From the NCBI GenBank assembly GCA_003569165.1, contig BGOI01000005.1, positions 9,560 to 73,559 of the forward strand: a DNA stretch of 64,000 nucleotides, given 5' to 3'. The notes under the pieces are model-generated. The model had not been told where the DNA came from, searched no databases, and saw only the letters and a list, made by a program, of their open reading frames with translations. Shown in pieces: positions 58,301 to 64,000 of this stretch (position 1 is its first letter; every line of letters begins with the position of its first letter). The DNA is from Opitutia bacterium. Its GTDB lineage: Bacteria; Verrucomicrobiota; Verrucomicrobiia; Opitutales; UBA953. The translations under genes and the position numbers were made by a program.

Positions 58301-58449
58301 GTGGCGCCGGCGCTGCGGCTCGCCAGTCGATGGGAACCGGCGTGCTGGGCGGTATGTTAATCGACACTTTCGTCGCCACCTTATTCATCCCGTGGTTCTT
58401 CCATCTGCTTTCGGGCCGGAAGGAAAAACCGACTCCCGTCCAGCCATGA
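55333..58449 (+). CDS. RND efflux permease (AcrB/MexB-type, HAE1)
   Basis: 1038 aa. [20 protein letters not shown] N-terminus. 12 TM with two large periplasmic loops. [20 protein letters not shown]. Confidence 0.92.
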   Translation: [1038 protein letters not shown]

Positions 58450-59846
58450 TGCCTCGCCTTGTCCTCTTGTCCGCCATCCTCCTGGGTGGCTGCACCCTTG
58501 GTCCGGATTACGTCCGGCCTGCTCTCCCCAAGGCTGACGTCTTCCCAGAAGCAGGGAAGGGTGGCGCGGCCATCCGCTCCGAATGGTGGAAGTCGCTCGG
58601 TGATTCGGAACTCGACGCCTTGGTGGCGAAAGCGTTGGTCGCCAACGCGGATCTGCGCATCGCCGTGGGCCGCGTCGAGCAGGCGGCTGCCGTCTTAGGA
58701 GAAACCGAAGGCGCCGGCCTTCCGCAGATCGACGCCGCCGGCGGGATCAATTCGAGCAAGCTGAGCGAAGGCGCTTATAATCAGAACCTGGCCACAACTG
58801 GCCGGCACCGTACCACCGCGCGCGGCGGTCTCACCACGTCGTTCGAGCTGGATTTCTGGGGTAAGCTCCGCCGTGCCGAGGAGTCGGCACGTGCACAGTT
58901 GTTAGGCGCACGCGAGGCCAGGCGCATGGTCGAACTTTCCGTCGGGGCTGCCGTCGTGCGGGCTTATGCCGCCCTCCGTGCTGCGGACGCACAATCACTG
59001 GCCGCCCAAGAAGTCTTCGCCGCGCGCGATGAGGAAGCCGCGATTATTACCAAGCGTGCCACCGTCGGTGCCGCTGGGCCGAACGAAGTCGCCCAGGCCG
59101 AAGTCGCCCGCTCCGCGGCGGTTGCCGCGCTGGCCGACGCCCGTCGGACGCGTGCCGCTGCCGAGCACCTGATCGGTACGCTGACGGGCCAGCCGGCGCT
59201 GACGATCGCGGTGCGCCGTCAGGACGGCCTCCGCCTTCCTGCTCCCGTGGCACCGGGCCTGCCCACCGATCTTTTGGCCAGTCGTCCCGACGTCGTTGCC
59301 GCGGAGCAGGCGCTCGTCGCCGCCAACGCGCGCATTGGTTACGTCAAGGCCGCGCGTTTCCCTAACTTTACTCTGACCGGCGCGATCGGCTCCGAAAGCC
59401 GGGAGCTCAACGCCTTGTTTGATGGGGCGACCGCGACTTCCTCGCTCGGCGTCGACCTGCGTTATCCCTTATTTGATTTTGGTCGCGGTGCGGCACGGGT
59501 CGAAGGGGCCGTCGCTGAGCAGCACCAGGCGGCCGCCGCCTATGAGAAGGCTTTCCTCAACGCTTGTCGCGAGGTCCGCGACGCCCTGGTCGACGTCCGG
59601 GAGACCGCGGCATCGGCCACCGCCGCCGCGCGTCGTGCCAAGGCGGCCGACGAGGCTTATCGGATTGCCATCGAGCGTGCCCGGCAGGGACAGACCAGCC
59701 CGATGGAGCTACTCGCTGCCCGCCGTCTACGGGCCGAATCCCAGGTGGCCGTGGCCAAGGTGCGCCAGGATCGCCTAGCTGCGCAGGTCGACCTCGTAAA
59801 GGCGCTCGGTGGTGCCCGGCCCGATGTCGTGCCGGCTGCCAAGTAG
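58446..59846 (+). CDS. RND efflux outer-membrane factor lipoprotein (NodT family)
   Basis: ATG 58446 overlaps the pump stop (ATGA). Lipobox LLGGC followed by TLGPDY. Duplicated OEP helical repeats. Confidence 0.88.
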   Translation: MMPRLVLLSAILLGGCTLGPDYVRPALPKADVFPEAGKGGAAIRSEWWKSLGDSELDALVAKALVANADLRIAVGRVEQAAAVLGETEGAGLPQIDAAGGINSSKLSEGAYNQNLATTGRHRTTARGGLTTSFELDFWGKLRRAEESARAQLLGAREARRMVELSVGAAVVRAYAALRAADAQSLAAQEVFAARDEEAAIITKRATVGAAGPNEVAQAEVARSAAVAALADARRTRAAAEHLIGTLTGQPALTIAVRRQDGLRLPAPVAPGLPTDLLASRPDVVAAEQALVAANARIGYVKAARFPNFTLTGAIGSESRELNALFDGATATSSLGVDLRYPLFDFGRGAARVEGAVAEQHQAAAAYEKAFLNACREVRDALVDVRETAASATAAARRAKAADEAYRIAIERARQGQTSPMELLAARRLRAESQVAVAKVRQDRLAAQVDLVKALGGARPDVVPAAK

Positions 59847-59894
59847 CCCTTTGCCTAGGATTGCCAACCGGCTCCGGATGGACTGAGGTGAGGC

Positions 59895-61340
59895 ATGTCC
59901 CCTCAGCCCGAACTCTGGCCGCAGCTGGTTGCCGTCGTCGAGAAGGACGCGTTCCTGTTCGCCGCGAGCATCGTGTTCGCTCTCGCTATCGTTCATGCGT
60001 TCGTGGCGCCGATGTTCGCCCGCGCGTCGCATCGGTTGGAGACGGCCCATGAAGAGGCCGTGAAGGCGGGCCGGGTGCCCGTCAACGAACGGGGGCAGTC
60101 TTCGGATTTCCGGGCATCGTTGCTGCATCTGCTCGGTGAGGTGGAGGCGGTGTTCGGAATCTGGACCTTCGTGCTGTTCGGACTGCTCATCGCTTGGCCT
60201 GGCAAGGGTTGGGAATTCGCCTGCCGTTATGTCGAATCGGGCGATTATGCGGCCGTGCAAGCGGGGTTGGCTCCGGTCGGCCCTTCCAAGTTCATCGAAC
60301 CCCTTTTTGTCTTTGTCATCATGGCCTTGGCTTCCGCTCGGCCGATCATGGCCCTGGCTGCGCGCTTTGTCGGCGCCGTCGCCCGCCTGCTGGGAGATAC
60401 GCCGGTCGCCCGCTGGTTCGTCATCCTTACCTTGCCACCGTTGTTCGGTTCGCTGATCACGGAGCCGGCCGCGATGACGATCGGCGCCTTGTTGCTCTCG
60501 ACCCAGTTCTACGCCCTGAAGCCGTCCGAACGGCTCAAGTACGCGACGCTGGCCCTGCTGTTCGTCAACGTCTCGGTCGGCGGCGCCTTGACCAATTTCG
60601 CCGCGCCTCCGGTCGTGATGGTCGCGGCCAAGTGGGGTTGGAGCAGCGCGGACGTGTTCCGTCAGTTCGGGGAGGCCGCCATCGCCTCGATCCTGCTTTC
60701 CAACGTAGCTTACCTGCTGGTGTTTCGGAAGGAACTGATGGCCCTCCGGCCGAGCGCTTCCACGGACGAGGGGTCGCCTGCTTCGATCCCCGTGTGGGTC
60801 ACTTCCGTTCACCTGCTGCTGATGGTATGGACGGTCGCCATGCTCGCCGGGCATCACCCCATCCTGATGGTGGGCGGTTTCCTGGTGTTCCTGGCTTTCA
60901 CCGTGGCGACGCCGCAGTGGCAGGACCAGATTCGCCTTCGTGGTCCGCTCTTGGTCGGTTTCTTCCTGGCGGGGCTGGTCGTGCTGGGGGGGACGCAGGG
61001 ATGGTGGATCTCGCCGGTTTTGGTGAGGCTCGATGAGAAGGCCTTGATGGCGGTCTCGGTCTTCCTCACCGCTTTCAACGACAATGCGGCCATCACCTAT
61101 CTGGCGGCCCAGGTTCCGGCGCTATCGGCCTCCGGACCGATTGCGGACGCGCTCCGTCACTCGGTCCTCGCGGGCGCCTTGGCGGGGGGTGGCCTGACCG
61201 TTATGGCCAACGCCCCGAATCCAGCTGGCCAGTCCATTCTTTCTCCCTGGTTCCCCGAGGGCGTTTCGGCTTGGCGGCTATTCCTCTGGGCGCTGGTTCC
61301 CACGGCCTTGGCCCTCGGGTGCTTTATTTTGCTTAAGTAA
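59895..61340 (+). CDS. Polytopic membrane protein, possibly DUF1504 / putative Na+/H+ antiporter family
   Basis: 481 aa, more than 10 TM helices. GSLITEPAAMT motif. The family call is from memory only. Confidence 0.45.
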   Translation: MSPQPELWPQLVAVVEKDAFLFAASIVFALAIVHAFVAPMFARASHRLETAHEEAVKAGRVPVNERGQSSDFRASLLHLLGEVEAVFGIWTFVLFGLLIAWPGKGWEFACRYVESGDYAAVQAGLAPVGPSKFIEPLFVFVIMALASARPIMALAARFVGAVARLLGDTPVARWFVILTLPPLFGSLITEPAAMTIGALLLSTQFYALKPSERLKYATLALLFVNVSVGGALTNFAAPPVVMVAAKWGWSSADVFRQFGEAAIASILLSNVAYLLVFRKELMALRPSASTDEGSPASIPVWVTSVHLLLMVWTVAMLAGHHPILMVGGFLVFLAFTVATPQWQDQIRLRGPLLVGFFLAGLVVLGGTQGWWISPVLVRLDEKALMAVSVFLTAFNDNAAITYLAAQVPALSASGPIADALRHSVLAGALAGGGLTVMANAPNPAGQSILSPWFPEGVSAWRLFLWALVPTALALGCFILLK

Positions 61341-61432
61341 GGGGTTGGGTGGAGAAAAAGGCGGTTTTTGACTGTTCAACCGGGCCGGAGGACTCGTAGA
61401 ATAGTTTCTCCCCAATCCCACCCCGATTTTCC

Positions 61433-62095
61433 ATGACTCCTCGTCGTCGTGCCGGTTTCACCCTGATCGAACTCCTGACGGTTATCGCCATTATCGGCAT
61501 CCTGTCGGCCGCCTTATTCCCGGCGATCCGCGGAGTCCGTAAGAAGGCCCAGCAATCGTCCGCCACGACCGCCTTCACCCAGTGGGCCGGCGGCGTCACC
61601 CGCTACAAGCAGGTCTACGGTTTCTATCCCAACATCGGCACCGCCTACGATTCGTCCAAGGACAGCCTTCATCTCCTCGAAGACCCCGACACCAATCTCA
61701 AGTTCGTTAAGGCCATGTCCGGCCGCCTCCCGACTGGCACCGCCCTCCCGACCGCCGACCGTAAGTTGCTTAACAAGACCGGCGAAGAGTTCTGCTCCTT
61801 CGGTAAGGATGATTTTGAAGACCCGGCTAACCTGACGGACACCAGCTATCTAGTGGATCGTTTCGGCAATCGTAGCATCCGCGTCATTTTCGACACGGAT
61901 AATAACACCAACATCCGCAATATCGTCGCTCCCAAGGGCGTCGATTCCATGCCAGAAGAAATTCGCGCCATTGCGAGCACCAGCGGTATCCCCGCGCGCG
62001 TCATCATTTACACCACGGACATCCTGGGCGATTTTTCCAACGCCGAGACCAGCGTGGATCCCAGTGATTACGCCCAGGTGCTCGCCATTCAATAA
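61433..62095 (+). CDS. Prepilin-type N-terminal cleavage/methylation domain protein (pseudopilin-like 1)
   Basis: MTPRRRAGFTLIELLTVIAIIGILSAALFP: class III signal with G/FTLIE. Confidence 0.85.
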   Translation: MTPRRRAGFTLIELLTVIAIIGILSAALFPAIRGVRKKAQQSSATTAFTQWAGGVTRYKQVYGFYPNIGTAYDSSKDSLHLLEDPDTNLKFVKAMSGRLPTGTALPTADRKLLNKTGEEFCSFGKDDFEDPANLTDTSYLVDRFGNRSIRVIFDTDNNTNIRNIVAPKGVDSMPEEIRAIASTSGIPARVIIYTTDILGDFSNAETSVDPSDYAQVLAIQ

Positions 62096-62922
62096 TGACC
62101 GTCCGTTCCATCGCCCGTAAGGGCTTCACGCTGGTCGAGCTGCTGGTGGTCATCACGATCATCCTGCTCATTTCCTCGCTATTCCTCGGCCTCACGCCCG
62201 GTGACGGTGGCGGTCTGCCTGCCGGGCAGCGCTTCATCGCTTCATCCGTCCGCACGGTGCGGGCGATGGCCTTGATGAATCGCGGACCTGGTACGACCGG
62301 CGTCACCTACGCCAATCGCTATCGCCTGCTCATCTTGAATGATCCGGACGACGATGTGAATCACCTCCGCCAGTTCGTCATCGCCGTTGGTGGCGTCAGC
62401 TCGGCCGACTTAGGGACCGTCGATCCGTCCACCATCACCAACACTTCGGTTACTCCCTATAAGTGGTTCTCTCCCGAGCCCGCGCAGCTGCTGCCCACGG
62501 GCGTGGTGTTTGTCCCGCCCGCCACCGATACGCAGACGACGCTGTCGATGACCGTCACCGCTAACACGCGGCGCAGTTTAATCGGGCCGCTCGCGGACAA
62601 TGCTACCACCAATACGACGGACTCTCCGGCGAGTTCTCCGCCCTGGATGATTTACGCCCCGACCAACCAGCCGGTGACACTCGCCGACATGAAGGACTTG
62701 AATCCTAAAAAGTGGTTCTACGTTGAGCTGCAGGGGACCGGTTCTTCCAATCACCTGGGTCGCGTGCTGCTCGTCCTCGCTAAAGGCGTGGTCCGTAATA
62801 CCGGCACGGGTAAGGCCATGATCGATATCACGTCAGAAAACCAGTTCGCGGCACTCTCCCTTCGCCCGAACGGCGACGTCACGATGACCCTCGACGCCGA
62901 CGAGATGGATAAGGCCAAATAA
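62095..62922 (+). CDS. Prepilin-type N-terminal domain protein (pseudopilin-like 2)
   Basis: MTVRSIARKGFTLVELLVVITIILLISS. Its start overlaps the previous stop (TAATG). Confidence 0.85.
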   Translation: MTVRSIARKGFTLVELLVVITIILLISSLFLGLTPGDGGGLPAGQRFIASSVRTVRAMALMNRGPGTTGVTYANRYRLLILNDPDDDVNHLRQFVIAVGGVSSADLGTVDPSTITNTSVTPYKWFSPEPAQLLPTGVVFVPPATDTQTTLSMTVTANTRRSLIGPLADNATTNTTDSPASSPPWMIYAPTNQPVTLADMKDLNPKKWFYVELQGTGSSNHLGRVLLVLAKGVVRNTGTGKAMIDITSENQFAALSLRPNGDVTMTLDADEMDKAK

Positions 62923-62932
62923 TTTTCTTCCG

Positions 62933-63724
62933 ATGAACCCTCCCCGCAACCCTTCGTCCGTCCGCCCAGGTTTCTCCCTGGTCGAGGTGACGCTCGCCAT
63001 CGGCATCGTCGGCGTCGCGATTCTCTCGCTCGTCGGCATCCTCGGTTCCACCTTCCAGCAGGTCGACGAAATCATGCAGACCAATCGCGCCCTTTCCGGC
63101 GTGACCCGTCTCATCGGCGCCTTGGATAATCCCCGTTCGATCGTCTACCTTGACGCCGCCGGTGAGAAGGTGCCGAACAACAGCAAGTACCTGATGGATG
63201 CCGGGCTCCCGTTGGACGGGGGTAATCCGTCGGTCTCCAACTTCGATATCGCCTACCGCCTACTGCAGGGTGCCCGCGATAATGGAGACAACGCGGTGTG
63301 GCTCTATGTCTACGAGCGCAAGATCGTCAGCTTCGAGAACGATAAGACGGGCCCCAATGCCTACGCCTTATTCTCGAATCCTTCGATGATTGAGGTGGCC
63401 TATTGCAATGGGAAGAACCTCTCATTGGACGCTTTCTCCGGCCGTAACATCATCGGCACGCCCATGCGCGTCCGCCTTTCGCTTTCCAAACTCCTGGTCG
63501 GTCAGCGGGCCGAGATTGACTCCTCAACGCTCGAGCCAAAGACCACCAAGGTCGCTGCCCCGCCCTGGGCGACGTCGCCAGTTCCCGCGTTGCCCAAGGA
63601 CTACGCGCTGGCCTATCTCCCGGTCGTCGCCGAATTCTTCTCGCACGACTACAGTCCCTACGACTCGTTCAAGACGAAGTCCGAAATTCCTTTGCTCGTT
63701 CAGAATATCGTCATCAGCCGATGA
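62933..63724 (+). CDS. Prepilin-type N-terminal domain protein (pseudopilin-like 3; resembles Verru_Chthon cassette protein B)
   Basis: MNPPRNPSSVRPGFSLVEVTLAIGIVGVAILSLVGILG. Confidence 0.8.
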   Translation: MNPPRNPSSVRPGFSLVEVTLAIGIVGVAILSLVGILGSTFQQVDEIMQTNRALSGVTRLIGALDNPRSIVYLDAAGEKVPNNSKYLMDAGLPLDGGNPSVSNFDIAYRLLQGARDNGDNAVWLYVYERKIVSFENDKTGPNAYALFSNPSMIEVAYCNGKNLSLDAFSGRNIIGTPMRVRLSLSKLLVGQRAEIDSSTLEPKTTKVAAPPWATSPVPALPKDYALAYLPVVAEFFSHDYSPYDSFKTKSEIPLLVQNIVISR

Positions 63725-64000
63725 ACACTCTCCTCCGCCAAGCCCGGGCCGGCTTCACCTTGCTCGAGGTGTTGGTCTCCACGGCCATCATGGTCATCAT
63801 CGTCCTGACCGTCGTCACCATCGCTTCCGACACGTTGCGTGTCTATGATCGCGCCGTCGCCGACCTCTCGACCCAGTCAGAGGCGCGTGGCGCCTTGGAT
63901 GCGATGGAGAATGATTTCTCGACGGCGATGCTTCGCGCCGACGGACGCTGCTGGATGGAGATCGTCGTCCCGGGTTCTACCGATGTCTCCGGCGTCCCGG
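63721..64000 (+). CDS. Prepilin-type N-terminal domain protein (pseudopilin-like 4; resembles Verru_Chthon cassette protein C), 3' end outside the window
   Basis: Not in ORF track because it has no stop. ATG 63721 overlaps the previous stop (ATGA). MNTLLRQARAGFTLLEVLVSTAIMVIIVLTVVTIASDTLRVYDRAVADLSTQSEARGALDAMENDFS. Confidence 0.8.
   Translation, partial: MNTLLRQARAGFTLLEVLVSTAIMVIIVLTVVTIASDTLRVYDRAVADLSTQSEARGALDAMENDFSTAMLRADGRCWMEIVVPGSTDVSGVP

Overview
High-GC (roughly 60-65% by eye) chromosomal segment that looks like Verrucomicrobiota, probably Opitutales-like. It carries PVC-typical families: Tat-DUF1501, PSCyt1/DUF1549/DUF1553 'planctomycete cytochrome' proteins, the PVC small basic protein, a run of prepilin-type genes resembling the Verru_Chthon cassette, and a CE15 glucuronoyl esterase. 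I support 53 protein-coding loci, four of them interrupted by single-base homopolymer indels. I also support 3 tRNAs (Ser-GGA, Arg-CCG, Leu-TAA), several intrinsic terminators, one TetR operator and 12 intergenic blocks of a modular repeat family. Housekeeping genes (leuA, ruvA, dapAB, glnS-gltX, folA, thiL, pyrBC, trpA, lptF/G-like, rlmI-like) are interleaved with exported hydrolases and an RND efflux operon. I saw no rRNA, CRISPR, transposase, integrase, phage or recognisable defence genes. Most interesting: (1) a mosaic of at least 8 short sequence modules reused in different orders at 12 intergenic loci. This includes GTAGGG-headed hairpins of REP/REPIN type with compensatory stem substitutions. 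The modules follow a strict strand rule: the G-rich arm comes after stop codons and the C-rich arm before start codons. (2) A ~9.9 kb four-gene operon (Tat-DUF1501 / double-PPC protein / PSCyt-Big2-DUF1549-DUF1553 / PSCyt-WD40-long helical protein) with no known function. (3) A membrane protein with a histone-H1-like Lys/Ala tail. (4) An orphan cassette of four pilin-like genes at the window end. (5) Eight homopolymer indels that break leuA, a ppiD-like gene, pyrC and an SGNH esterase, most likely from assembly error. All protein calls come from reading motifs by eye; no searches were run. Coordinates of non-ORF features are accurate to a few nt.
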